64,000 nt of DNA. Origin: Anthoceros angustus. Lineage: Eukaryota; Plantae; Anthocerotophyta. A program made the position numbers and the translations under genes. The notes beneath the pieces are model-generated. The model was not told where the DNA came from. It worked only from the letters and a program-made list of their open reading frames with translations, and searched no databases. The stretch is from the NCBI GenBank assembly GCA_010909165.1, contig MU008171.1, forward strand, positions 1,240,001-1,304,000. The letters run 5' to 3'. The first letter of the stretch is position 1. Each line of letters opens with the position of its first letter. Positions 49,418-62,520 of the stretch are shown here, one piece after another.

Positions 49418-51290
49418 ATAGGGTGGGTGGCGCCCTTGAGGAACATAGCCACCACCTACAAGTACTGCTGAGGATATCTGCCGCCAAGCTCCAAGTATGC
49501 TCAAACAAGATGCACCCACAGCTTGACCTTCGTTGCATCTCCCTCCCTTCGAGATGATCCGTCTTGCCTTGAGCACCTTGGATCCTCCCCCCAGTTGGAC
49601 ACCTTGAATCCTCCCCCCAGTTGGACACTTTGGATCCTCCCCCCGTTGCTTGAGCATGGCGTTGACTACCCACCGCCTCCAGCTGAGCCGGCCTCACATG
49701 CTCTTTGCAGCTTGTGCATTGCTCTCCGCGCACTGGCGTTCCATCCCTTGTGTGCCTTAGCCAGAAGCCACGAGCTCAAGCTGAGCAACAACCAATGTGT
49801 TCTCTCCCATCTTGACTCGAATGGAACCGCCTCACTGCCTCGGGTAGTGCGAGGGACCCCTACCTCGTTGTGCCCTACCTCGTACGTGTCGTGGAAAAAC
49901 GTGTTGGGCTGCTCTTGGTGTCATGCACTAGCACTGAGCTGGTTTTGGCTTAGAATTGTTGCCACTGACGCTCCTTCGAACCCTACCACGAATGCTTACT
50001 ATCCATCCACATCAATAAATCGTTTTAATAAACTTATCAGAGTATCATGTTATCATGTGTCATGCATGTTGCCCCCGTCGACACGGTGAACGGTATACAA
50101 ATTGGTTTCGAGCGGTGGGTTCCGGGCACCGGCTCCACCACGCCGGGGCCGCTGCACTCCATTTCGGCTTTTTATATTCCCCACCAACTACCCTAGGGCT
50201 GCACTTAGCATAACGTTCCGCCTGGGCCGAAACCGTATGCCCCCGAATCCTCGCGCCACGGCCTCGTGCCGGCCGGTGGGCACTGGAGATAGGTGCCGAC
50301 GTTTTTTGCGGAGGTTTAGAGCCGCGCTGTACAGAGTGTGGCCGCCATGGGTCTGACCACGCATATCAATCCCGGGTTATGAACGTACCTGGTTTTTATA
50401 TAGTGCATGTGTCATGAGTGTCGGAATGCGTCTCTTCGTGCCGACATTCGATTTGGTGGGGGAATTGTGATACCATGAGAGGGGTGGGCATGGGGAAAGG
50501 AAGTTTCAAAGAAACTTTGGCCGTTGTGGGAGCAATTGTAGGTGGAATGACATAGTAGATGGCTCGTTGGATATGCAATGGTATGATAATTGTTTTTAAA
50601 AATAATTAAGCAAAATATCATGTATTTTCACCCAAAATGATAAAAAATTCTATATGTGCAATTGCAAGTCGAGCTTTCGGGGTTAAGTGGGCTGGGTTTC
50701 TTAAGCTCTAAGCCAATTTTAATTATCATTAGTCTCGATTTATTGATTTTGATTCAGGATAATTTTCAATCATATGATTATTATTTTTAACTTTTTACAG
50801 TCTTTTCTTATAGAGGCAGTTTTACATGGCTCTCTTGAGGGGCCACCTCGTGCAGTAAATGGGAGGGATAGCGGAGTGGAGCAAAGGAGGAAGGAGCAGA
50901 TCATTGGTGGTAGCAAAAGTTTGAGCTCTTCCGGACTAGTCGGAGCAAACGGACGCGATCACGCACTTGAGCAGACTTGAAGAGAGCATCTTTCTGGCTT
51001 GGCGATAAGGGCCTCCTCAAGCGGACATGGTCTATGAACTCAGTGCTTCCACCGAAACAGAATTACCGTAAATTGTCTGGTACAACAACCGCTTGCCTAC
51101 TCACACGCAAGCTAGTGGAAACCTTGTTTTCTATCTCCTACAAATGCAAGCATATCCTATGGTTCAGGTTCTTTCACAATCGCTGGGAACAAATCAGCCC
51201 AGCCTACAAAAGGGCAAACCGACTTCTTGATTTGATTTTGTTTTTTTTGTAGAGTGGGTTTCTTGTTTTGATCTTGAAACAACCCAGGAT

Positions 51291-53092
51291 TTAGTGATAT
51301 CCAATTGGTGCAGGTACGTCTTTCAGATCCTTGCCCTCCTTCTGAACATCCTGTGATGACCAAGAAAAACAGACCTTAGAACACTGTACGATAGCATGCT
51401 ACAATACACGCAACCACAAGGCACATGGAGCCGAAGTACTCACGGACGCAAAGTGGTTCACATCCCGATGATGGGCTTCATCTGCACGAACGACGACGAC
51501 AACATCCCGCAGAGATGCATCCTTAGGCAATTTCCAGTAGTCTATGGCAATCGCGGGAGCTGGGACGTTCTCAATGTGCCCATTGTCGATCTCCTTCAGA
51601 AACTGGGTGTAGGAATATACAGCCTCCTCTTCAAGATAGCCAACAATCCGGTGCGCCACTCTGGGGGACAAAATGTAGAAGAGAAAGTAGGCGTTGAAGA
51701 AGACTCCTTGGACTGCCAGAACCAGAGCCCTTTCGTACCACTTGGGCTGTGCAACCTCCATGAATGTCATAAGATGCATGCGCTCGTTTTCAGCTTCATC
51801 CAGAAGAGCCTTTATCCAGCCACCACTCCTCTCGAAGCGTCTCAAAGACTTGAAATGGAGTAGCATTCCAGCCACCATCCCGGGCACAGCAGCAACAGTT
51901 TCCAACATCATGACTCGACATCCATACCGCTTCTGCGCACGGTCAACAAGGCCACCGGTTAGCAGTATGGTAACTCAGACTGTGAGGGACCTCAACCATA
52001 TGTAAGCACGAAGGAGAGAAGATAGACGTGTCACACCCCAGCAACCAACGGACAGTTGCAAGGAACCAAGAATTGTAAGTGGCTGATGGGGCTCCTCCAA
52101 CTGGAGCCCGACTCCATCCCAAGGAGAAGTAGGCAGTAGCAGCAGACCAGAAGAATGAGTGCAACTCACCTTATCCCTACACATCAGCGTGGTGCATCCT
52201 CTTGAAAGAAATTTGTGCACCCTTACTGGTGCGCAGAGACATGCTCCAATCTTGCTGCAAATGCCTTCTACTCCCAGGAGATGAAGGAAACCACATATTC
52301 GATGATGGGCAAAGTCAAGCAGACAAGCCAAGCCAGGCCAGGCAAGCAATTGCAAGGTGCTAGCAGCGCGCTCCAGTCTCAAAACCTCACGCCAACGTCA
52401 TCAAAAGTAACAACTTGCACGACAACAAGCTTACCCTAAAGAAAATGTCCGTCGGCACCCGCAACGACTTCACAGTCCAATAGGCAATCCTGTCGGACCA
52501 GTTCTCAGGCTTGTGATGCTTGCTCAGGTCCACCGTGGTATCAGGAACGTAAGCATCCCCAGGCTGCGCAACACATAAAAACAACAACAACATGAGCCTC
52601 TGCCTCTCCCAACACTCCCACACATTACATCCAGACCTTGAAAGCCCTGGCAAGCTTAAGCCGGCGCACCTGAAAATCCTTCCACGGCCAAGCCGTGCCA
52701 TCCTCCCGGAGGTAGGTTCGTGGAGTTATGCCCCAGTAGGACGTCACCCCCGCCACCTTGCCCGCCTCAAGCTTGGAGCCCAGGTCTTGCGGCTTCTTCT
52801 CCGACTCCTCATCCTTGTGCAGCGCAGCATCGGCCGAGAAGAGCCTGGATCCAGCAGGGCCGATCGCGAGCCTGCCCAAGAGCGCGTGCTTGTCCACCAC
52901 CAAGTCGGACGCAGATCTGGTGGCAGACAGGCCGCGCAAGCCCACGGCAATGCCGTTGGGCGCGGCAAAAGTAGACACCAACCGCGATCCGCTACGCGCC
53001 ACCGGAAACTCCTGCCTGGCTCCCAGCGCAGCGAGACTCTGCTGCACCGTCTGCCATGACCGCAGAATATCCTTGAGGCGGTAAGCCTTCAT
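51291..53092 (-). CDS. AOX: Mitochondrial alternative oxidase, copy 2 (4 exons, 366 aa from ATG 53092)
   Basis: Exons 53092-52670 (423 nt), 52563-52435 (129), 51932-51444 (489) and 51350-51291 (60). All di-iron motifs intact. The N-terminus [27 protein letters not shown]...[11 protein letters not shown] resembles a mitochondrial presequence. Confidence 0.93.
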
Positions 53093-53943
53093 CGCTGTGC
53101 CCACCCGCACGCAGCTCATGTCTCTCACGCTCTCACACGAAGTCCAAATTCCGCAGCACTCAACTCAACTCAGCTTAGCTCAGCTCAGCTCAGCTCAGCT
53201 CAGTATATTTCCGCTGGGATCTCAAACAGCTGCATTACAGCGCCAACCGGAACCGGATTCAGTACTACATGCAAAGCACTCATCAGCGGGCGCCAAGAAT
53301 GGGAACGGGCTGGGGAGTAGCCGTGGAATTCTCACCTACTGCACGCTCTCCACACAACCAATGTTATCCCCGCCGTTCTCTGCCTTCGCTTGTCTTCCCT
53401 TTCCTTTCCTGCCAGTGGCATTGAAGAGAGGCGGATATAAATTGAGAGGCGGCGCCTGGGACGAGACTCCACTCGGCAGGCAGTTTCGTATGCTTGGCGG
53501 ACACGGCACTCGGGACCCGGAGGACCGGAATGCGCAACGCACATCGCCGCTGCAGTCGCTGGGCTGCTTACTAGGACACGTGGGAAGCCTGCATTGAAGT
53601 GGTTCTGCCTAACTCCTGGAGGGCGACACCAACGGCAGCTGGACATTACCGGTCTCCTTCACATGCCAGTCTCTGGGCGCATGCAGGTCGTGATTCGCGG
53701 CTCCACCGCCGCCCACGTGTACGGATTCCAAGCAAAGTGGAAGCCCTCCCAAGAGGTTTTTTGGTGTTCACATCCATAGGACAGATGGCACATAGCCAAC
53801 GCCGAAGCCATGAAAGGAACTTGGAAGCGAGCCGGCTGCCTGCTGCTCCTGGGTAAATCCAGGATAGCCATGCAGTTAGGAGCATCCGTAGGTACTGCAT
53901 TTGGGGAGTTGTGGATGTGGCTTCAGCCTACATGCTGCATAAA

Positions 53944-54265
53944 TGTATGTATGTAGTATGTGGAATGTGGTTATGTAGTATGTAGTATGTAGTATGTAGT
54001 ATGTAGTATGTAGTATGTAGTATGCAGTATGTAGTATGTAGTATGTAGTATGTAGTATGTAATTATATGTATGTAATTATGTAGTATGTAGTATGTAGTA
54101 TGTAGTATGTAGTATATAGTATAGTATGTAGTATGTAATGTAGTATATGTATATAGTATGTATATAATTATATGTATATGTAGTATGTATGTGTATGTAG
54201 TATGTATTATATAGTATATAGTATGTAGTATATAGTATATAGTATGTAGTATGTAGTATGTAGTC
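53944..54265. repeat. Expanded (TAGTATG)n heptamer microsatellite
   Basis: About 320 bp of imperfect TAGTATG repeats; only ~40 bp at the paralogous site 11622-11660. Confidence 0.95.
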
Positions 54266-55351
54266 CGTGATGAGGTGTTCACTTGAGCATCCGCCGGTCG
54301 AGACCGCATCCTAGCTAGCCGGCTAGCTATCGCACAGCTAGTAGTTGACATAGAGTTCGTGCGTTCGTGCTAAAGCATTTCCGCCGAATCATGTGGGTCA
54401 AGCTTCCTATCCACTTCCCGCATGGGCGTGGGCATCGGCATCGGCGTCGGCGTCAGAGACATCCATCCAAACACGTTTACCAACTCATCGTGAGTCACAA
54501 TTCGCTGTCGCAAATGGTTTAAGCTACAGCGTGGCCGAAAAATGACTTTCGTTTCTGCTGGGTTAAATTTTCAGCAATAGAAATAGAGTTGGAAAATTAA
54601 ATACCTACTTGTAACGACAACTCCATGGCGGGTGCGGGTTTTATGGAGACGGTATTGGGTACATCGTGCGGTCTTGTTCAACGACTTTTGACCAATGTCA
54701 TCATACGCTTACGTGCCGCTCTTGCTCACAATCATGATTAATTAAGGGCTCTGAATTTCTCAAAACATAACGGATGTTTTACACCGGTGTCAGCTTATGC
54801 ACAATTTGCACGGCACAACCTGCGAGCGGAGCGGTGACTGCACCTGGGCTGGGCTGGGGCTGACGGATAAAAAGAAGGATATCGACAGACTATTGGACTG
54901 CATACCTAGCTATGTACCTACTACACCCATGACCTATGGATAGTCTTGTGGGGCCAAGAATCGCATACATGCGCAATGCAAAGCAGTGCACACACAAATG
55001 ATGACCGTGTTGGCTTTCATTTCATTGGTTGCCTATCTCACACCCGTACGGCCACCGGCGTCGTGACGAGGCATCTGGAATGTACATATCTACATACTTA
55101 TACACAACGAGAGGGGGGTGAATAGTCTTGAACTGACCATTTTTTCGCTTCCAGCTTGCATGTACAGCCTACAGCCTACAGCCTACAGCCTACTGCCTCC
55201 CGTACAAGGGTCCGAGTCCATTCACAGTTTCTCTCGTCCACCTATCCATGTACATAATCTGGGCTCTAAGCCACCGGGATGATGGCATCTTCTCTCAAAA
55301 GTACTGAACTAATTCTACGCACTTCCCCTACTCCTAAAGTCTTTTCACAAA

Positions 55352-56665
55352 CTAACGAACTCTAACGTAACTGCTTTGATCACTCTCTGCCTCGGCGTCA
55401 CGCGGTTGATCCAGGTTGGGCTCCACATTAGCCGGTTGGGAGTTGTGCAACGGCATCGACAGCCCCTTCTCAGTTGCATCTGATCGTGGAGACTCCACTT
55501 CCTCATCGTTGCAGAATGCATCGATAGCTGCGCACCAAATGCAAGCCAGCGTCAGTCCTGTCACAAACTTTGCGTGCTCAAGTCGCAAAACACCACTCCA
55601 AATCCACAACACGACACGCATGTGAGGCACTAAAAAGGAATTGAATACACACCTGCGTAAGGCGTCAAGAAGTTGTCGTGGTTCCACTGCGGAACATAGT
55701 GATTTTCCTCGGGGGCCATAAGTTGCGCTGTAGGATCGGTCACAAAATACTGATTTTGCTGAGCATTGTCGAGGATGTTGATGATGGGCCCCACCATTCT
55801 CTGGCGCTTGAACGGCCGTACGATATTGACTGGAGCTTCGTCAGCTTCTCCCAGCATGACCTCCTTCTTCCGACGATTCCGCGGTCTCTCAACCGGAAAA
55901 TCCACGGCAACCTTCTCCTCGCTGTCCTCAACAGCGGCTCCGGATGCATCTGCAGAAACAAACGCAACCAAAATGCGCGCGATCAACAGACTCTTCGAGA
56001 CAATCGCAACAACGCGGTGCCAGACATCACACACGGAATTGGAAATCTAGTAGAAAGAGGAAAGATTGAAATCAAAATGAGCGCAGACACGCAGCCCTGC
56101 CCATCTGGCAGCAACAAAGGGAGAGCGTCCACGACGCAACAAGTTGAAGCGATGCGAGCCTGAATTTGCGGTTAGGAACTCCGTGTGAGAAGGAGGCAAA
56201 GAACTCACCAGACTCAACAAGAAAGCTGGCGGCGAGATCAATGAAGTCGTCCGGGTTGGATGATACAGTGTCGGAATCGTCTACTTCACTGTCACTGCAC
56301 GAGTAGTCATATAACTGCTTGACATTGTCGTGGATGCCGATGACATTGAACATGTCCGCGGCGTTAGCGTCCGAAGAGACGTTCACGTCAGAGAGGTAGG
56401 ACAAAACATCCTCGCCGCTGGTGGAGATAGGATCCCAAATGCTCGGAATACTGGCCTGAAGGAAGGCGTCTGAATCTGCAACCGGTAGAGGCACGCCACA
56501 CGTGTGAGAGGACAGCACTCTCCCACCCTACCGACACAAGCGATTGCTGGCTGCGGACAGACACTGACCAGAAAAGTCCAGCAGGCAGCAATTGGCAGCA
56601 TCTTTGGCTAGCCATCTATCGAGCTCCGCATGTCCCACGGAGCCAGCGCGCTCCACCTGCGTCAT
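55352..56665 (-). CDS. Acidic protein of unknown function, ~278 aa, 4 exons, tentatively XRI1-like
   Basis: Exons 56665-56569, 56475-56209, 55949-55653 and 55527-55352 join in frame (837 nt) through three phase-1 GT-AG introns. IWDPISTSGEDVLSYL and PFKRQRM recall plant XRI1-family motifs from memory only; the XRI1 C-terminal domain is not seen. Confidence 0.65.
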
Positions 56666-58449
56666 AGTCGCCACTCGTACAATGCCAATTCCACTTCAGC
56701 TATTCGTCTCCACCCCTCTCTAGCGCGCAGCGAGCTAAGGCGCAGATTACTCCCCACACCAGTCCACTGAACCTGCCACCTGTTCCCCTGTACTAGGCCT
56801 TAATCTCACGCCTCCCGAGTAAATCCTCCGACAAAGCATGCGATCGGGCGCGGCCGCCACCAAAGGACGGAGCTCGGGCGGCAAGATCTGGATCACACAA
56901 CAAGCATCATGAGCCGCATGCGAGCAAGAAAAGCATTGCGCAGCAGCGCCAGGCGCGGTGCCGCAATCCGAGCAATGACACAATGCAAGGGAGGCCCGGA
57001 GCGCGGGAGTGCGCAACCTTTCAGGCAAGGCAGGCCTTTCGCAAAGGAAGGCAGGCAGACGCGGGCTCGGGCAGGCGGTGCAGGGGCGAGGGAGGGAATC
57101 AGGCGGGTTTCCTGTTTCCCTTCCAACTGCCAGCACAACCACCGAGTCCGCTCCACTCCCGGCACCAATTCAACCACCAGGCAGCCGGCAGCCGGCAGCG
57201 GCAACACTACCCGCTGCAACTGCAAGCCAGCGGCGGGCAGCCCGGAGTGACGCGCACACACGCAAGCACACAAGCACACAAGCGCACAAGCACAACATTC
57301 AGTCAACTGCCTTCAACCATCCACTCCATCATCCATTCCTGCCCGCATCTCAGCAGCAGCAGCCAGGCACAGAAACTCACCAGCAGAGGACACCGTCGCG
57401 GCGCAGAGGCGCGGAGCGCGCAAGGAAGCCGGCTATGGCGGCAAGAAGCGGAGCAAGAAGAGGAGGCAGCGTCGGGAGCAAGAGAGACTGCTGAGCGAGC
57501 GTCTTGTGCACCAGGCGGCGTGGCAGACAAAAGCGCGGGGGCGGGAGAGCGGAAGGAGGCGGCGAGGGAGCGTGGAGGCAGGCAGGCAAGGCAGTAGAGG
57601 CCTCGGCTAGGCTGGGCTGGTGGAGGAGGGAAAAAGGGCGGGGACCGTGGGTTGGCAAGCCCGCTTCTGCTGCTCACGCCACTTCATGATGGCAACCTGC
57701 CACGCCATCCTTACCGGCGCGGCCGTTTACTCTACCCCCAGGGTTAAAAACACCCAACTCCCGACCCAACCTGGGGCCGGTTTGTTTCAAAATTCGAACC
57801 CCGGTGGGGTTCGGTTCAACGTTTTTTTACTCGCCTTCCGCTCGCACTTGCACGCTCGCCAGTTGCCTCTTGCCCTGTCAGTTACGGCCGCCACGTCGGG
57901 TCAGTTAAGATGCGTCCTTTGCAGGTGCCAATGCCATGCCGATTCTCCCTCCCATGTTAGCTAGTATCCACAGTACCCCGTAATTACATTTTTACAGTAG
58001 CTCTGCCGGTTGGGCCTCTGGCTCCTTCCGCGGCCCGCCCGGGATCGACTCAGGTAACACGCACACTGGAGATAGTGCGATGGAATTACCTCACACTCGC
58101 GTCGCACGTGTCGTGGGCTCGCCGACACGGCGGGTCGCGAGTCGACTAGCCGAGTGGAGGAAGCGGACGCAAGAACCACGATCAGCTCCCGGTCTCGTGA
58201 TTGATGCGAAATAGACAGAGAAAGCGCACACACGTCTGACAGGCATGGGGTCTGGCAGCGGCGGGGACAGGATGGAAAGGAATGGACGGCTGCCTCTCAC
58301 AGGCAGAGGAAGAATACGAAGTATCCTGCTTTAAGCCTGCTCCGGTTGACTGGTGCCTGCACAGCGGGCCGGCCACCTTTTACCCCGTTCTCGCCTTCGC
58401 CAAGAGCTGTGCCTGGGATGTATCTAGCTCGGGATCGGGTTCTGTTTTC

Positions 58450-59420
58450 GACACAATTTCATTAGGGCAAGGGAGGAAGGTGCGGCACATGGGAGGGAGG
58501 TCCGACAGGCCTGCACGAGGCCTGCCACACCGGATGGAATATTGTATTGTTGGAAAGAGGTGGGGAGCAAAGCACTTGTCTGGCGCGATGATTGGGGGAT
58601 GGATGTCTGACTCAGATGCATACAACAAGCGGATTTTACCACAGACTACAGCGGGTGTTCTCGTCCAGCCGCTGGAGCCAGTAGCCAGTGCCACTGCGGG
58701 CCGCGGCCGCGGCAGTGGCACTGCACGATCTGCACGGGAGATGAGATAAGGAAACTGTGCGGCACTTCCTGCACACGCAGACTCGCTCCAGCGGAGGCAG
58801 GGAGCAATTGTGGAGGAGAGGACTCGTGGCGCGGCCAGCTACTTTCCTGGAAGTTGCAGCTCTAGAAATGAAACCCTAGGGTTACAGACAAACAGTGGTC
58901 CCGGACGAAGGATGCTCGGGCCAGCGCCAGCAGCATCCATCCACTCTGATGTCGGTGACCGGTGAGGATGCGCGAATGCACATGCATAACTACGCCTAGT
59001 GCATGCAGCATGCCTGGTGCGGCGAGTCCAAATGGCTGGGCAGAAGAGAAGCACGGAACAACGGTGGTGGACCTCGAGGGAATCATACGACGCTGAGCTT
59101 AGGGAACCCCACTGCACTGCACCAAGAAAGAGAGCCTGCCGTGCTTGCGAAGCGGACTGCAGCCAGGCGCATCAGATGAAACCTCACGCACCGTGGTTGC
59201 TTCCGTCCACCTCGCTCCTCGGTGGATCGGGTGACTGACACCAAGTCCTAATCCGACTTCTTGGCTCCAAGCACCTGCACAAGAGCGTCTACCCCTAACC
59301 CGATTGCTCGGCTGAGATTGCGCGCCGCGGTGCCAAACTCTGCTCCTTTGGGCGCTTTGCGTCAAACACTCTTCTCCATCCTCGAACCTTCTTGCCACCA
59401 GGCGGCCATGCCCGGTTGAA
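58450..59420. repeat. Diverged ~1-kb repeat, copy A
   Basis: Shares collinear blocks with 60950-62050: GGCGCGATGATTGGGG..ATGTCTGACTCA, GGTGGACCTCGAGGGAATCA, GAGCGTCTACCC..GATTGCTCG, ACACTCTTCTCCATCC. Confidence 0.75.
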
Positions 59421-60189
59421 TCTTCGTGTTGAGCTGCCAAGCTCCCCGGGGCCGTTGACACATTTTTGAAGTGAAACTTTACTCGACCACTATACATCAA
59501 GCATTGCAACATTTTGGTGCGCCATCCAAACACTCCCTTCTTGTCGGATGCTACCGGATGACCCTGGCTTTCATTACACATTCTTACGGCAGATGGGCGC
59601 CTTGCTACCTATGCACGCGATATTAGATGAGACGGCAAGCCCGATGTCTGATGGGCAGTGTTGGCTCTGCATTTGCTGTTATTGATCCATCCCTTGGACG
59701 GTCCGTTTAACCGCACATAAGTAGGTCCAACCTGGATCTGGTTAGGAGCCTACCACCAATATTTCATTATTATATTGAAAATATTTATATTTATTAATAA
59801 TTTAAATTTGACATAAAAAATTCTGACAAATATGCGTATCATCCCATTTGTTACAGCTTAGACATTGGACATTGAAACCTTGGTTGAGAGATGGATTTTG
59901 AGAATTTACTTTAGACCCATACTAACAGTAGCTCTACAAATTGAGTCGTTTGGTGTACTTAGCAACCATTTTCGGATCATTGTGGCATCAAAATTCTGTT
60001 TTAAATCATACAATTTGGCATCCTCTCACATTGATCAAAATTGCATCCTCTCATACTTGGAACGACAAACTTCATCAAGGATCAACCTGCAACAAATTGC
60101 TATGCCAGATTTGAGAATCGATTACATTTAATGCTGCTGATGTTTTGGTGAGCCAGGGAGCAGCGCGAACTAGAGGTGCGTTGCCGCGA

Positions 60190-60710
60190 ACTAGAGGTGC
60201 GCCAAGGAACGGGCGATGTGCCACTAGCGAAAACGTCGCTAACGAATGCTGCTAATGTAGCTAGTGATAACGTCACCAACGTAGCTAATGATAACGTCAC
60301 CACTGTAGCTAATAGCAACGCTGTTCTTGTAGCTAAAGCCAATGGCGCCATTGCAGCTAAGGCTAACGCTGATATTGTAGTTTACAGTAACTGCACTACT
60401 GTAACTAACGTTAACACCGATACCGTAGTTTATAATAACTGTGCTACTGTAACTAACTAACGTTAACACCGATACCCTAGCTAACACTCATGCTAACCCT
60501 AACGGCAACGCTGATAATGCTAATATTTATAATTCACTGATGCCGCTACAGTAGCTATCGCTAATGCCTATAATGTAACTAATACTCACACCACTAAACG
60601 TAACTACCATTAAGAGAACTAACTAACGTAACGTAATGCCATTGTGTCTAAAGGAGCTAACATTAGCGTAGCTGACACGGATGCAAATGCTATCTATCTC
60701 GGTGCATTAT
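60190..60710 (+). repeat. 24-bp-period degenerate minisatellite reading as an N/V/T/A/D-rich ORF
   Basis: NVASDNVT NVANDNVT TVANSNAV LVAKANGA IAAKANAD IVVYSNCT TVTNVNTD TVVYNNCA; similar text continues past frameshifts. Confidence 0.65.
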
Positions 60711-60949
60711 TTGATTGTAATATTTTGGGTTAAGAAGTGATTAAAGCCTTCTGCGTAGTATTGGTGATCATTTGATGTAGAATTTGGTCCACAGGCCCTG
60801 TCACCAACAACAACTTGGCCACGGGCCACGGGCCACGGGCCAAGGGCCACGGCCCACGCCGCCCCGGCTCCACGAAATATCCTCCGCTGGGTGCATGCCA
60901 ACTTCCCCGCACCACTGCAACAACCACCGCTAGCCAGGGTTTGGAGCGG

Positions 60950-62050
60950 GCTCAGTTTTCGACACACTTCGACCGAGGGTGGGAAGGTGCGGAAGGAAGC
61001 CTGAAGGGAGGGGAGTCGACTAGGAACTTGGAAGGATATTGTATGTTGGAAAGGGTGATAGAGCCAAAGAGTTGTCAGGCGCGATGATTGGGGGATGCAG
61101 CATGTCTGACTCACAGATGCCTTGACCTTGTTGTACCAGTAACCAGATGCGATGCACACTGCAGCTCACACCATCTGCGGATTTTACCGAGTGTTCCCAG
61201 TGCCACGCCGCGGGGTATCTCGGAAGCCTTTGGCTGCAGTCTCGATCCTGTTGCGGAGTCAAAACCATGCTCCATGCGCACACAGTGCACGCAAAGGCGT
61301 GCACAAGCCTCCCTCTTCCACTCGAGGTAAGGCTACACGGAGATGTGGACTCGTGGAGACGAGGCCTAGTGGAGCGGCCATCTTCTTTTACGGGCGCTGC
61401 ACTGCAGCCTCCAAGACCTGGAATGCCTAGGGTTCACACAAATGGTATGATAAAATATTTCTGAGAAGTGGTCTGCAGTGGTGGCATCTCTCTCAATCCG
61501 TATCTCCTGTTGATGACGCCATGTACATATCTACGTACATCGTCGATGCCTGCAACAGTTGTAGCTCCCCAGATGGATTGGCGGAATAAAAGCATGGAAA
61601 AGTGGTGGACCTCGAGGGAATCACATGACACCAAGCTTGGGGGGAAGTGGAACTGGTGACCACTGCACAACATTGCGTTTCGGTGGCGCTTACAGGAAAG
61701 AGGAACATGCTTGCCTGCAAGATAGGTAGGTGCTTTGGACTCACATGGCAACACATCACTCGAGCCACGAAGCGGACAGCAGCCAGGCGCACTGGAGTGG
61801 GGGACTGGGATCCCTCCCACACCTGCGACCTCACGCAACGTGTGTGTGCTACAGTTGCCCCGTCGGCCTCTCTCCCTTTCCGACCCCTCAGGCTGCAACC
61901 ACCTGCACGCAAGAGCGAGAGCGTCTACCCGATTGCTCGAGGCTCAAATTTCCTAGGGTTTAGCGTTGCCAAACTCTACTCCTTGGGTGCTTAGCCGTCG
62001 ACACTCTTCTCCATCCTTCAACCTTCTTCCCCCGGTGCCAAGGTACCACC
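60950..62050. repeat. Diverged ~1-kb repeat, copy B
   Basis: Collinear with 58450-59420 (see copy A). Confidence 0.75.
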
Positions 62051-62344
62051 CGGTCATCCGTTGTACGTACATATGTACATGTTACGGTAAACAAAAAAAC
62101 CCCGCAATCTCCACTATGTGCATGCATACATATGTACATATGTACATCCGTAGTGAATCTGATTACATATGTAGAGGAAAAACTCTAGAGTGCACATATG
62201 TATTCTAGATTGCAATCATGTCACCAGGAGCAAAAGTCCTGTCTTCTCATTTCGGTTTGAAACGTTATCATAGTATCTTAGAGTCCACGAATCCAGTCCA
62301 GTATGAGCTTTTGTCGTCATCTTTAATAATGATTAAGATTTAAT

Positions 62345-62384
62345 TTTAGGGTTTAGGGTTTAGGGTTTAGGGTTTAGGGTTTAG
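62345..62384. repeat. Interstitial telomere-type repeat (TTTAGGG)5+
   Basis: Five exact TTTAGGG units plus TTTAG, followed by opposite-strand AAACCCTAAGCCCTAAG near 62414. Confidence 0.92.
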
Positions 62385-62520
62385 CTTCAGTTTCAGTTTC
62401 TTGACCTGAAACTAAACCCTAAGCCCTAAGAAATTAACTAGGGAAACTGCAACGATGAAACCAAAACTGAATTTAGGGCACTATGATTGCCTTTCCCTTT
62501 GATTACAGCTAGACAATCAG

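Larger units (their letters stand above)
50815..55111. repeat. Segmental duplication copy 2 (AOX gene plus upstream)
   Basis: Near-identical to 8509-12506; ~300 bp longer because of the TAGTATG expansion. Confidence 0.95.

Noticed and set aside
50090-50120. ATTGGTTTCGAGCGG as a second PBS
   Set aside because: Mismatched to the Met PBS, with no partner LTR or gag identified.
53971-54351. His/Thr/Tyr-rich 126-aa ORF
   Set aside because: Translation of the TAGTATG microsatellite.
62345-62384. True chromosome end
   Set aside because: Only five repeats with ordinary sequence on both sides.
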